Origin: Tricharina praecox
Taxonomy: Eukaryota
Assembly (NCBI RefSeq): GCF_024521635.1
Contig: NW_026250422.1
Location: forward strand, 682,001-746,000
Direction: 5' to 3'
Length of the DNA stretch: 64,000 nucleotides
The notes under the pieces were generated by a model that saw only the letters and a program-made list of their open reading frames with translations, was not told where the DNA came from and did not search any database. Both the position numbers and the translations under genes were made by a program. Of this stretch, positions 1-12,478 are shown one piece after another. The first letter of the stretch is position 1. The number at the start of each line of letters is the position of its first letter.

Positions 1-905
1 CACTTCAGCGCCACCAGCACCAGCTTCACGCCCTGACAGTTGTCGGCGATCTCGCCGACCCATTTGCTTTCCACGTTCTCTAGCGAGTCGCGAGAGTCCA
101 CCTTTCCATCCATCTGTTAGCGACTGAGTGAGGGGGGAGGTGGCTAGGGAAGAGGAGGAGGAACAGGGGGGCACAAACAGAGAAACATAGCATGATCGTG
201 TGCGTATCGCTGTAGCTCAGTGACCGTAGGCGATCAAACTCCTCCTGGCCGGCGGTATCCCACAACGACAGTTCGATGTGCGTGTTGTCGACGTAAACAT
301 CGTGAACGTAGTTCTCTAGTGGCAGTGTTAGTGCGCGCTCTCTCTCTCTCACCCTCTCGAGCTCGAGAGGGCTGAGGGGGACAAAGGAGGGGCTACCAAA
401 AACAGTCGGCTCGTAGACTTGCGGGAAATATCTGTTCACGCTCACGCGCGTCAGTCGCGATGGATGGGCAAGGGCAAGGCGGATGCCGAGGGAGGGGAGG
501 ACGCGTCACGCACCCCCGCGTGAAAACATTCAGCAGCGAAGTCTTGCCGCACGCTCCATCACCTATTCACGGTCAGTGTCCTTGCTCGGTCATGTGCGGT
601 GCAGTGCACTGGCTGCGCGTGCGCGGGGCGAGAGGGGGCCCGTACCGAGCAGAACTATCTTCCGTTGTGTGGTCTTTCGGCGGCGCATTACAGTTAGTTA
701 GCCTTGTGTGATTCGATCGATCGTTTGTTCGTTTATTCGTTCGTGGATTGTGGATTGTGTGAATGTGTATGTAAAGGAGAGTGGGTGGGTGGGTAACGGA
801 GGAAGGGGGGATGGTGGTTGGCAGGCAGGCAGGCAGGTAGGTGCACGGCGGGTAGTTATGGAAATGGTTGGGGGAGGGAACCTTGTTTGAGCCGCAGAGG
901 GGCAT
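1..905 (-). CDS. RHO3: Rho-family small GTPase Rho3 (3' end lies beyond the left window edge; several short exons)
   Basis: Manual splicing gives [124 protein letters not shown]. It has the G1 (GDGACGKT) and G3 (WDTAGQE) motifs, and the N-terminal MPLCG and '[11 protein letters not shown]' are typical of Rho3. Confidence 0.93.
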
Positions 906-2144
906 GGTGAGCGGCGGCGGTGTCGGCGTCGGTGTCGACGCGTGGTGCAGGGATGACGATTGGTTGGTTAGTTGGATGGATTGGTGGGCGGTGATGGGGC
1001 GCTGCTAGGAGGGCGGGCGGCGACGACGACGACGGATGGGGACGCGAAGGAGAATGGCGAGGAAGGAGGAAGGGGGAGTGGTGTTCTTCTTCGGATTGAA
1101 GAAAGCACACGACAACGAAAGTCATAAAAGTCTCACTCTATTCTCAATTCACCCCTTTGACGCCGACGACAGTTGCTGTTACTGTACCTACTCTACTTAC
1201 GTGCATCTCATGGTCTATGATATCCCGTGTCTGTTAAACATCGCGAATGAGAAGTGACGAGACTCGGGAGGCTGGTAGGCATGTGCTCTAGGCAGCTCGG
1301 AGCTGGCCCCTGAATGCTGGGATGAGCTAGATGGGTATCGATATCTCGACCGACGACCACACGTCGGAGCATGTTTTTTGAGGGGCCGCACTGAGCACTG
1401 TTGAAGCGCCGATAGTTGGGTGTTCTCGAAACCATCACTGATGTCCGATGTCCATGTCTGTCTGTTCCAATAATAGACGCTGGTTGAAGGTACCTGTACT
1501 AGTATCGTGTGTATACCTTCGGGAGACCAATGCCCTCCGGAGTCCGCAGACCGAAAACCGCCAGGCACAACTTCGTGTGTCTATATCGCCTTCGCTAATA
1601 AAATCTCATGACAGCACTCCGGGGCGCAGGCAGCGCAAGGCGTCCCCCATGCTCGTGAAGTCCGCCGTGCAAAATATGCCGATACAGTCATCTTCATCTT
1701 CAGCCCGGGGCTGCATACCTCGGTCATGATATATAACCTGCTGAGCGATACGATGGTTATCCTCACCGCATGTAAATGGTAAGTAATCCCGAGGTCCAAC
1801 TTCTAATATACGAACAAGTATCTAGCACCAGGTATCATGATGGACACAACGAGCCCCTTACAAAAGAAACCCGTAGAGAGGATAGAATACAACCATTCCC
1901 CCGCAAGCCACCAGACAAACATCCGCCCTCCGCTCCGCTCATCGAAAGCCCATCGAAACATTAAGTATGAGTAAAACAACAGCCATGGCAAACAGCAAGG
2001 AAAAAGCCAATAATTTTTTATATCAAGCTCTCATGCGCCGTTCGTCTATCTATCCAATCCATCCGCCCCGTAAAATGATCGTTTCGACACGCACGTACAC
2101 TCATGATCTCCGGGCACACCACGCACGCGCACAAACAGCATCAA

Positions 2145-2978
2145 TTACGACCGGGTGTAGCGGGTCTTGCCGAAGGTAAAGGGAACGTAGCGGTACTTGA
2201 TCATGTGCTGGATCTGTCTCCTCATCGTCAAGGCGAAGAGAATGATCCAGTAGATGACGAGAACGGGCCAGAAGACTAGTACATCTCAGTCAGTTTCATA
2301 TGCAAGCAGGACCCCCCACCACACCACCACCACCACCGCCGCCGGTGATGATTTATCGAGCCGAATTCTGATACATACCAGGAATGTCGCAAGCATCGAA
2401 CATCGTCGCCACCATGCTGAATCCGATCGCCCGCGTGGCATTGTGCCAGAACTTGAACTCGGGCAGCCGGCGGATGAACGGTCTGAACTCCTCGTCCTGC
2501 TTCGTGGGCAACGCCGACTGACCTCCGCCCTCCATCTCGTCATCCTGCTCCAGCGACGGGTCGAATTTCGGCGTCAAGAAAGCGAGGAACAAGTTGAGCA
2601 GGTATATTCCGAGCGTGTAGCAAACTATACATCCCGAGAGCTCGGTCAGTCCTTCCATCCCTCTCTCTCTCCCGATTGAAACCGCCCACACGACGGCAAA
2701 ATTGAAACGGATGGATGAATGGGATAACGAACCAATATACCAGCCGTGGGCGAACAGGATGCGCGCCATGAACATCAGCAGGAGGACTCCCGTGCCGATC
2801 CATCGGTAGACCGCGAACGGCACGGACTTGTCAAGGTACGCCTGGTAGGCCTATCCACCACCTCTCGCATCAGCCCTCCATCCATCCATCTGGGGGGGGG
2901 GGCACCTACTCTTGTGAAGCGGGAAGTCTGCGCGCTCACGGCGGCGGGAAACGTCTGGTCTGGAGGTACTGAATCCAT
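2145..2978 (-). CDS. RER1: Rer1, Golgi-to-ER retrieval receptor (3 introns)
   Basis: [10 protein letters not shown]...RW..., [43 protein letters not shown] and [37 protein letters not shown] are Rer1 signature segments. Stop TAA at 2147-2145. Confidence 0.96.
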
Positions 2979-4060
2979 AGTTGCGCTGAGTTGTGTTTGG
3001 GTGAAGTGAAGTATCGATGGTTGAAACGGGATCGTGTGAGTGAGTGAGTGAGTGCGGGCGGGCGGGTGAAGCTGCTGCTGCTGCTGCTGCGAAAGGGGAT
3101 GCCGTTATTTCTTTCGGAGGAGGAGGCGAAGTCACAGACAAGGTTGCACACTTCAAACTGAGTACGTATGCGTGTAACCGTCGGAGCCTCACATACAAGT
3201 GCTTGGCGTTCTTGACGCCAGCTATGCCAGATGGGATGAGCCTTGAGAGTTTGGTGGTCGTGAAGGAATAGAAAGAACTTATCTTTTGAAGCTACATTCC
3301 GTCTGCTGTGATTCTAAGCTAGATATTGTTGACTCTTCATCCAACAATGTGAATAAAAGATGCATTCGAAATGACATGTGCGCTGCCTAGAATTAAGCAC
3401 ACACTATCACTCGATGGATGACTCGGTGTGATTCGTCGATTGTGCGAATTAAAAGGCAAAACGAGCCGGATTGAAAGGCTAACTTTGCTTTTACTTTTAA
3501 ATCCAATACCGTCGCCTACGCTGCCTTTTCAACGTTTAGCCCTTGCCGGAGATGTTATTCTGCTGGATACCTTCGATGTACCTAGGTCGAATGTATCAGT
3601 CCTGTCCCCCGGTTTGACTATCTCCACCTGGAAACCGCCTTCATGGCTCATATTCAGAAACATGATTACTCGTGCACATACATCGCATTCAGAAATCTCT
3701 TCCATCTAAGAATGGGATCGGCTTGTCGAAATAGCAACCTCAGTGAGCACACTGAGGTCACAGGAGCATGATTTAGACATATTATCTCACTCGTCAATAC
3801 AGTCCTCTCTTGCACAACGTGGATACAGGCAACGAACTCACTTCATCCCAAAGGGCTGGGCGGAGGGCAATAGGGAACCCACATCAAGCTTGCGGCCAGC
3901 GGTCAAAGACAGTGGGGTGGAAATGGAAATATAACTGCCATGATCTACTGAGGTTGAATGCAATGATGATTAAACCCCCTTCCCCCCTCAAAAAAGCCTC
4001 CCACTTCATCCCCTTATTGCCATTGATCTATCTATGGCCCATCACCACATAACCACATCA

Positions 4061-5807
4061 CTAGTTCCCGCACTCCCCCCAGCGCACCTTCTCCCAATGG
4101 ACCAAATGTCCCCTTCTTCCCCGCAGCCACACCATATACGCCAGCAAACTCGCGCCCACGGCGACCGTCCCCGCAGTAGCCAACCACTTGAAGTCCTCGG
4201 TCTGAGCCCATACGCCGGTGACAACCCACTGCGCCAGCTCCGCCGCGGAAATGAACCCCATCTCGACGCCGGAATACTCGCTGCGCCTGCCCTCGGGCAC
4301 GTGGGTCTGCACAAGCGTCTGTGCGGAGAGATCGAAGATCCACAGGCCCATGCGGGAGAGGGCAAGGAAGATGAACAGCGCGGCGGAGGGGAAGGCTGGA
4401 GGACCCGATGTGGGGAGAGTAAACAGCAGGAGCGTCACTGGGATCAGATTGGTGAATTGCCACCAGAGTCCCCACAGGCCCATCCGCTCTATGCCGGCGG
4501 CTGCGGCGGCGGTGGCGGTGGGCTGTTTGCGCTCCATCATCTGTACGCCCCACGGACTAGCTACCGTGGCGAATACTTCCACCAGCGTGCTGAAGGTCTG
4601 GGCGATCGTGATCTCCGAAAGCGGGAACCCCGCGTTGAGGAGGAAGGTCAGCATCGATGCGGAGAATGAGAGCACGGGGAAGTAGAGGAGTGCCAGTGAT
4701 AGCGATGGGAGCCAGATCTCGGTGGAGAAGAAGAGGCTCAAGCCTTGCGTCCATGAACGGAATACACTCTGTTGTCGAGTGGCCTGGACGGGCGGAGGTG
4801 ATGGCGCTTTGGGAACCCGGAGTGAGGGGCAGCTCCTATAAACGCGGTAGGCGGTATGCCATTCTATCCCAACGGAGACGGCGTTTATTACGGCGATACA
4901 TACGGCGGTCACTCGGACGCTCGAGGCGACTAGGGCGAGGACGGAAATGGAGAGGGGGGCGAGAAGCTTGCAGGTCAGGTCTATTCGTCGCATAGAGGCA
5001 TTCAAGCTCAGGAGGAATGGCGCGGGCTCCGTTGCCGCGATTGCGGGGACCTGGGAGACGGTGAGCCAGCTGTCCCCAGGAGATCTGTAGAACAACATAC
5101 CCAGTCCCGTTCCATCACCATCATATTCCCCACAGCGCTGAGTCTCTCGCCGATGCCGAGAAGCAGTACAGCCGCAAATATAATCCCCTTCACGACCGGC
5201 TTACCCGCGAACGGCTGTTGGTGCCCACTGCCAGCAACTCCAGTCTTCACACCAGTACCAGAGAACCCGCCTTCGACAAATACCTCTCCGACAATGGATA
5301 TCCACCCCCCGCAAGCCAATATGACGAGTATTCGCTGGACAAAAATACCTATCCGCAATGTCTGCAAGCGCGACGGGTGTTGGTCAGCCCATCTGCCCAC
5401 CGCAGACGAGAGCGCCAGCGTCGAGAGCGTTGTCAAGATGCCGCTACGTAGCTATTTAGTCCGTCGTACTTGCGGAATTCAGCGGGAGGAATACCGGATC
5501 GACGATGCGGTCAATGTATCTGGGTATGCAGAGGCCGTGAAGAGAATCTGGTGTACAATTCACTTTTAGCATGGGATTGCGTAAGGTATACGAGTTATAG
5601 TACCGCTGCGAATTCATAGCTGCGCGCATTCCATGTGGAGAGGAAGTGCGAGAGATAGAGTCCCCATAACTGCTTTCGAGTAACGCCTGGTTGCTGCTGC
5701 GGGTCCCGGTCTCCGCTGGCGGCCACTTCGGAGTCCTCGTTATCCTGCGCCTGCTCCGGGGCGTCGCCGAAATCATTGTCGCGTTGTGATAAAGCAATGT
5801 AACTCAT
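4061..5807 (-). CDS. Ferroportin (FPN1/SLC40)-family MFS-fold metal exporter (3 introns)
   Basis: LYLSHFLSTWNARSYEFAA|ILFTASAYPDTL, VGRWAD..SRLQTL, ERLSAVGNMMVMERDW|VP, LNASMRRIDLTCKLLAPL and SRMGLWIFDLSAQTLVQ match the conserved ferroportin segments. Many hydrophobic helices. Start taken at ATG 5807. Confidence 0.88.
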
Positions 5808-6016
5808 GGACCACCAGTGTGCGGGCAAGAGTGATCGAAAGTGAAGAATTCTCCGTGTCAGGTCCAGTGTTTCATCAGTCAGACGAATCGACAGGGACAG
5901 GGGTCCACACAGCTCGAGAGGGAGCTTTGATAATTAGCCTTCCACACACACGACCCTTTGGCTCGCTCGTAGATCAGATCGCGCAAAGACACCACATCTG
6001 TTGCCAGCCACCATCC

Positions 6017-7208
6017 ATGTCCCGACCACAATCCACCGCTACCACCAACTTACCGCCTCAGACAGCTCCAACAGCTCCGGCTGTTGCGACAGCTCCTCCG
6101 CTACCAACTTCTACAACTACGACGACAGGGACCGAAGATGCACCGATAGCAGCGGGGGAAGAAGAATGGTCCGAGGAAAAGCTAGTCGAATCGCTCCGAC
6201 GACTTGACGACCTTCACAACCGCGTACTATTCCCCACCAACCGCGCGTGGCCGACCGCTACTACTGGGAGCTGACGGGCAACGTAGCTGATAGGACTCCG
6301 CACCGTAATTCCCAAGATTCTTCACCCTCTATCAGCCGAGTATGCAACTCGTAAGCCCCTCCCCCCTGGCCGATGTTAGATGCACGGGACTGAAAACGAG
6401 CAGCTGTGGACATGTTTCAGGACTTTTCGAACCGCGCGCTGTCTTGCTCCGAAGAAATCGCGACCTTCAATTCGCTCTACGTGAAGAGCCAGTCCATATT
6501 CGAACACGCGGCATCGTCGCGAGCGCGCGATCCGGAGGACATCCGAAGGCTGGCGGTGGGGGAAGTGTTTCTGCCGGAGGAGCAACCGCAAGAAAGCGAC
6601 GGGGTTAAGAAAGAAGACACGGAGATGAAAGACGCTCCAGCTGTCGGCGAAGAGAAGGAAGAGGAGGAAGAGGTGGTTGAGAATACAAAGGACGAGGACA
6701 TCGAAGATGTGGTGGAGGAGTTTTCGGGGAGGTTGATGCATCGCGATGTAAATGTGGAAGAACTTCCTGGGGGCACACCCGCGCGACGGTCGCTCAAGGT
6801 ATGCGGCATGAATCTCTGGCAGTGGGGGGGACTTTTTTGCTCACGCTTTCACAGGTTGTTCTTCCACCACCGTCCTCCCTCCTCTTTACCATCGAGATCA
6901 CCCCGTCCTCTGATAACTCGCGCGCCTTCGTCGTAACCTCCGTCAAAAGCGCAAAAAAGACGGATGCACCCGTGCACAATCTACACACGGGTATTATGCG
7001 CGCCGTCACGGCGCGTCAGTGGCCGGGGAACCTGGAGATGCTACTAGAGATGTTGGGCGCGTACAGGAATATATTCTCCGCTAAATGTGATAAGTGCAGA
7101 CGGCTCACTGCTGGTAGTAAGGTGGAATTGCCGGTGGTGAGGAAGCTGGTCAAAGATGCCGGGGGCAAAAGGTGGATTGCGATTCATGAGGGGTGTAATG
7201 GCATGTAG
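6017..7208 (+). CDS. MED27: Mediator complex subunit Med27-like (3 introns)
   Basis: The N-terminal helix WSEEKLVESLRRLDDLHNR|LIGLRTVIPKILHPL and the C-terminal LLEMLGAYRNIFSAKCDKCRRL...LPVVR...WIAIHEGC (C-x2-C...H-x2-C zinc site) are typical of fungal Med27. Confidence 0.78.
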
Positions 7209-7845
7209 CGGGGTGTAATGCTTGGGTACTTGGTGTAGTATACGTTGCGCATTAATGAATTTGAGTGATGTGGTGAGCAGCTTGGGATAGATTGTTCCGA
7301 CAAGGGCAATGGAAGAGCTTCATCATCAACTCCCCGCAAGGTGACATTTACCGAGGATTCTACAACTGTTTCCTCGTCTCCGGGCCTTTTTGTTACTCCA
7401 TAATACGGCCTAGCTAGATCATGGTTCACTTCCTCCAGCCTCCGCCTGGCAATCTCCGGGCCTTCCCTTGTTGGTTTATTTCCCCATTGATTTCATGCAG
7501 CCTAGCTAGACTATCTATAGAATTATATACTGACTCTCATCATTCAATTGCTTCAACCCACCCTCGAGACACTCACTATGTATCACTCATCGACATCCCA
7601 AGGCACCTATCTAATCACGCGATCATCTTAGCGTCCAGTGTTCTCTAGCAGCACCCCGCATACACACCTGAAAAGGCTTACTCGCAGTTCAGCCCACCAG
7701 CTCGAATCAACACTTGCATTGCCAGCCAGGCCAGCCACCACGACCACGGGTGCATACAAAAGGAGTCGTCGGGCCACTTGTCACAACTTTCCTACAATTG
7801 CAATTCCTTACCGCAAACCAAAGCCGCCGCGAAAAAAACAGAAAT

Positions 7846-9495
7846 ATGACAACCGCAAACGATATGAACCACCCCCGGCCGGTCCTGGCTGTTGCTGTAG
7901 GGATCATCGGCATGGGCGACATGGGGAAGCTTTACGCTCGCCGTATTGCGGCGGCGGGTTGGCGGTGTGTGTGTTCGATCTCGCGGCTCCCCGAAACCCA
8001 CAGCTGACTGAGTGGGTACCGACAGTGTCAATGCTTGCGATCGCGCCGACAAGTACGAAGCGTTGAAGGAAGAGTTCGCAGGTACCTTACTTACATCCGT
8101 CGTTCGCGAAGACATAGTTGGCCGGAATGCGCAGCTGATGCTCTAGAGAGATTGAAAACGTCCATGTGTACCCCAACGGCCATCTCGTGTCGCGGCAGAG
8201 CGACTACATAATTTACTCGGTCGAGGCGGAGCTGATTGATGCTGTGGTTGCGCAGTATGGGCCTTGTATGTTCCGACCGCTACTACTCCTTGTGATGAGG
8301 AGGGGGGACTGACTATTTGGGGATAGCTACGAAACTCGGTGCAATTGTCGGTGGGCAGACTTCCTGTAAGGCGCCTGAGATTGCTGCGTTCGAGAGACAC
8401 CTGCCGCCGGACGTGGAGATCATTTCTTGTCACTCGCTACACGGACCGAATGTTGATGCTCGGGGCCAACCGCTGGTGAGTTTTTGCAGCAAGCCAGGCC
8501 TTCACTGTACAAGGGCCAATTCTGACACAGACGTGTAGGTTCTGATCAAGCACCGGGCCTCCGATGCCTCATTCGCGCTCGTAACGCAAATCCTCTCCTG
8601 CTTCGAGTCCAAATTCGTGCACCTCAGCGCGGAAGAGCACGACCGTATCACGGCGGACACGCAAGCCGTCACACACGCCGCATTCCTTTCCATGGGCTCG
8701 GCGTGGACCGCAAACCACCAGTTCCCCTGGGAAGAAACGCGGTGGTCCGGCGGCATCGAAAACGTCAAGATCAACGTGACGCTGCGCATCTACAGCAACA
8801 AGTGGCATGTCTACGCCGGCCTGGCGATTCTCAACCCGGCGGCGCAGCGGCAAATCCGGCAGTACGCCGAGTCCGTTACAGAGCTGTTTAAGCTCATACT
8901 CCAGGGGAGCCGCGACGAGTTTACGCAGCGCATCACGACCGCGGGGAAATTCGTGTTTGGAGGCCAGGAAGGCAAGGATCTGCTGCTGAAAGATGACCTG
9001 CTGGAACAGTTCTCGCTCAGTGGCGTCCCCAAAGCGGAGAGGAAACCGAATTCGCATTTGTCGCTGCTTGCTATGGTGGATTGTTGGCATAAGTGCGGGA
9101 TAGTTCCCTACGACCACATGATCTGCTCCACACCGGTATTTCCCCCCACCCCCACCCCCACCCCCACCCCCACCTCCCCACGGGCTAACAGAAATACCTA
9201 GCTCTTCCGTCTCTGGCTCGGCGCAACAGAGTACCTCTTCCGGCAACCCGAGCTTCTAAACGACTGCATCCGCTTCGCACTAGACGACGAAGGGTTCCGC
9301 AGCGACGACCTGGAGTTCACGTTCGCGGCGCGGGGCTGGAGCGAGGCCGTCTCGTTCAAGGACTTTAACGGCTACCGAATGCGCTTCGAGAAGCCGCAGC
9401 AGTACTTTGCGCCCCGCTTCCCCGAGGCCATCAAGCTCGGCAATGACATGATCAAGAAGATACTTAATAGGACGAGGGAGCTGGAGTCGAGGTGA
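7846..9495 (+). CDS. TYR1: Prephenate dehydrogenase (NADP+), tyrosine biosynthesis (5 introns)
   Basis: Rossmann motif VGIIGMGDMG, then GAIVGGQTSCKAPEI, CHSLHGP, EEHDRITADTQAVTHAAFLSMG, NKWHVYAGLAILNP and YDHMICSTP|LFRLWLG. Stop TGA at 9493-9495. Confidence 0.96.
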
Positions 9496-10034
9496 GGTGG
9501 GGTGGTGGATGACGGCTACATACATACCTGGGTGTGAGGGGATGACGGTACGGCTTGGTAATATATGCTGCGTTCAATGGGCTGTTTTGGTGCTGGAGCT
9601 ATCTTTGCGGTAACTTCGTGAGCGTGACGGAGGTGGGAATCCTTCATCGGAAGAGACGTGACGCTGTGCTGGTCTACCGATGTACCAGGAGCTGCCAATA
9701 AGTGGTGCCTCACCACCATTACGAATTATAAGCACTAGTCCATAGTAGGAGCACACTAAGCCGGATACAATGAAATGAGTGAGTGGTTGTGACTAAGTTG
9801 TATGGGGGAAAACCTGGTGAGGCAGCACTTACCCTTACAACAAGCACTCACAACTGCTACATAGATGGTTGAAGCTTACTAGCCGACTTCATTCCGACGT
9901 AAACTGAATTATAAACAATGGCTAAATACAACCCACGAGTATAAATCTTATCAAGCGCAAACACAAAACATAAGATGCATAAGCAATGAAATTGGTATTA
10001 AAGATCCCCCAAGCTCAAGCTTTCTCTCCAGTGA

Positions 10035-11608
10035 TCACTCCGGAAGCCCATTCTCCATGAGCTCCTTAAGCTCACCCAGGCAAGCGACCGTTTCTGCCGG
10101 GCTCGCAACCCAACTAGTATCATCAGCGCTATTTCACTAGGAGGAAGAGATCGGGGAGGGTGGAAGCTTACACAGTTGTCCCCGCCATCCTCGCCTTGAA
10201 ATCATTATGCCCTGCCGAGAGGAACTGATCTCCAATATGCAACGTCTGATTCCCCTTCACATCACCAAAGAAGCGTTGACAGCAAAGCACGCCCAGCCTC
10301 TTATCTCCAATATCGACGAAAACATCGTTCCCGCCGTTGAACGCGCAGAACGGCAGTCGTTTTCCAACCTCGCTCAGCTCCAGCGTCTTCTGCGCGCCCA
10401 GCACCGCCTCCTCCAGCTGCTCGCGCGCGAACTTCCCGCCAGACGAGTGAATGATGCCGACGGCGCGCTCCTTGCGGATGACAGTGGCCTCGAGCCGCAT
10501 GGCCTCGGTGGAGTCCTTGAGACTGTTCTCGGCGATGTCGAGGAGCCCCTGGACGTCCTCGTCGGACCAGGAGCGCATCTCGTCGAGCTGCCATTCCGTC
10601 CGCGGCACCCACTCCAGCAGGTCGGCGTGTGTGGGCGACGACCGGAACATGTACGAGCTTTCGCCGCCGAGGACGATGAGGTTGCGCTTTTGGTAGGCGG
10701 TGAGGACGCTGGAGTCGCGGATCGATTCGAGGAGCCCGTAGAGTCGCTCCCGGTACCGCGCACCGTCCGTGTATCCCGCCGCTGTGACGATGCCGATGCA
10801 CAGATTGCGCTCGAGAAGCCACATGATCTTTTCGATCACCGGGTTCGTGGGATCGAGGCATTTGCCGTCGTCGTAGAGGGTGACGTCTCCGTCGAAGGTT
10901 ATGAGCTTCGTGGGGCCGTCGAGGGTCGCTAGGGACATTATTTGTGCGGTGTTGAGGATGAGCTGCGATTTTTTTCTCCATCAGCACCGGGCGATATGGA
11001 TGGATGGATGAATGAACGGCGGCCTTACACGAATATCATTGAAACTGGGTGCCACAAACCGCCGCGACGAGATCGCCCGCCGTTGGTCCTGCACGGCGAA
11101 CGCCTTCTCCAGCAGCAGCGGTGTAAAGAACCGTCCCACCGACGGCACCAGGAAGCGCAGTTTCGAATGCTCCGGTTTCTCCGCTGCATCGCACGTAACT
11201 ACCCAAGTGCATCAACACCCCCATCTCTCCACCCACACATCTCATCGTAAGGGAGAGCATACTGTGGTCATTCACCAACCCCTCAATATCCCTCATGATC
11301 TCCCTGTACCGCCTATGCGCCTCCTCTGCCATCTCCTTGACGGAGGCATTACTCGACGCTGTGGGCTGCGAGTGGAGAACGAACGGGACGGCCAGAAGAC
11401 CCTTGATGAACTCGATTAGGGCATCGCGACGGTGGGCCTGTGGAGCTTTAAGCACATCATTCAGTATACTGTTTTCACGAGGGGTCAATGCCCGGTGAAT
11501 GGCTTGCCTTCAGGGCGTATTCAACTCGGTATCTGCGTGGGGGGGTTAGCTTACGCAGCTCCTAGGCTAAGCTCCCTTGAGCTTGGTTCTCTCGTACCTG
11601 GTTGTCAT
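10035..11608 (-). CDS. ISN1: IMP-specific 5'-nucleotidase Isn1 (HAD family; 5 introns including one GC-AG)
   Basis: Spliced N-terminus MTTR|YRVEYALK|AHRRDALIEFIKGLLAVPFVL, then ISSRRFVAPSFNDIR, HAD motif I LITFDGDVTLYDDG, CAFNGGNDVFVDIGDK, TLHIGDQFLSAGHNDFKAR and WVASPAET. Confidence 0.95.
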
Positions 11609-12458
11609 TATTCGTATTGATCTGACCTGGGGCTTGTATTCGTTTTCGTATGCGTGTTCAGTTTAGAATTGATGGGGAGCAGAAGGATCAGCGGCAGGAG
11701 GACGGTATATAAAGACGAGCTGTCCGTTCGCCAGACGAGCTCCCAGGGAGGTAGCTGGCTGGCCATGGAACGTGTAGCGTAACGTAAGGAACCCGATAAC
11801 AGAGAGCAGGTGATCACGCAGCACGGCACTGACGAGGATGATGTGCCACCAACCGGCGGCGTTCGCCGAGCTCCCCCAGATTTTGAGTTGGGGACGAACG
11901 AGGACTGACAATCGCATTATGTATAGTACACGACTATGTGCCGTCGGGGGACAACTCAAACGGCCGGCAGAAAACGAAGTCAATGCGCTCTGTGGGCAGC
12001 CGGCCGGCCAGGAGGTCTCTTGTTCACTTGTCTCTACGTCCCCTGCCTTATGCTGCCTGTGGTCTGCCGGCAGCCCGCATCGACTCTCTTCTTCAGCGTC
12101 GAATCCGTTAGATGCATGCGCAGCAATCGAGCTAGTCGAGGTGGCCACGGGAATGTGGCCAAGTCATTCGCCCTTCCGTGTATGCTGTCCAATATCTTTG
12201 GCGTCTTTTCCTATCGCGACAACAACAGACAGATACCGGTATGATGGACCGGTGGAGTACATAGAGTACTCTGCCTCTGCCTGTGTGCAAGTACAATGCC
12301 AATGCCACACCATATCCGCGTCCAAATTGTGTGGAAGGATGATGAAGGATCAAGGAAGGATAGATGGAAGGATAGCTGCACTCAATCGGTGGCCGGTGAA
12401 GACACGCACAGGCTGTGGTATCCAGCTCGGAACTTCACAAGCCTTTCATTCCGGAGCC

Positions 12459-12478
12459 TTCGTTTGCGTATTCGTATA
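12459..12478. promoter_or_regulatory. Candidate sterol-response element upstream of ERG6: CGAA-N8-CGAA (minus strand, 12459-12474) overlapping TCGTATA (12472-12478)
   Basis: The plus strand reads TTCGTTTGCGTATTCGTATA about 340 bp upstream of the ERG6 ATG. It resembles the 16-bp double-CGAA element of the Fusarium SR-type factor and the Upc2 SRE TCGTATA. Motif match only. Confidence 0.45.

Noticed and set aside
5815..5875. CAGTG loops near the ferroportin start, suggesting an iron-responsive element
   Set aside because: They are on the plus strand, antisense to the ferroportin mRNA, and lack a convincing stem. IRE/IRP control is not established in fungi.
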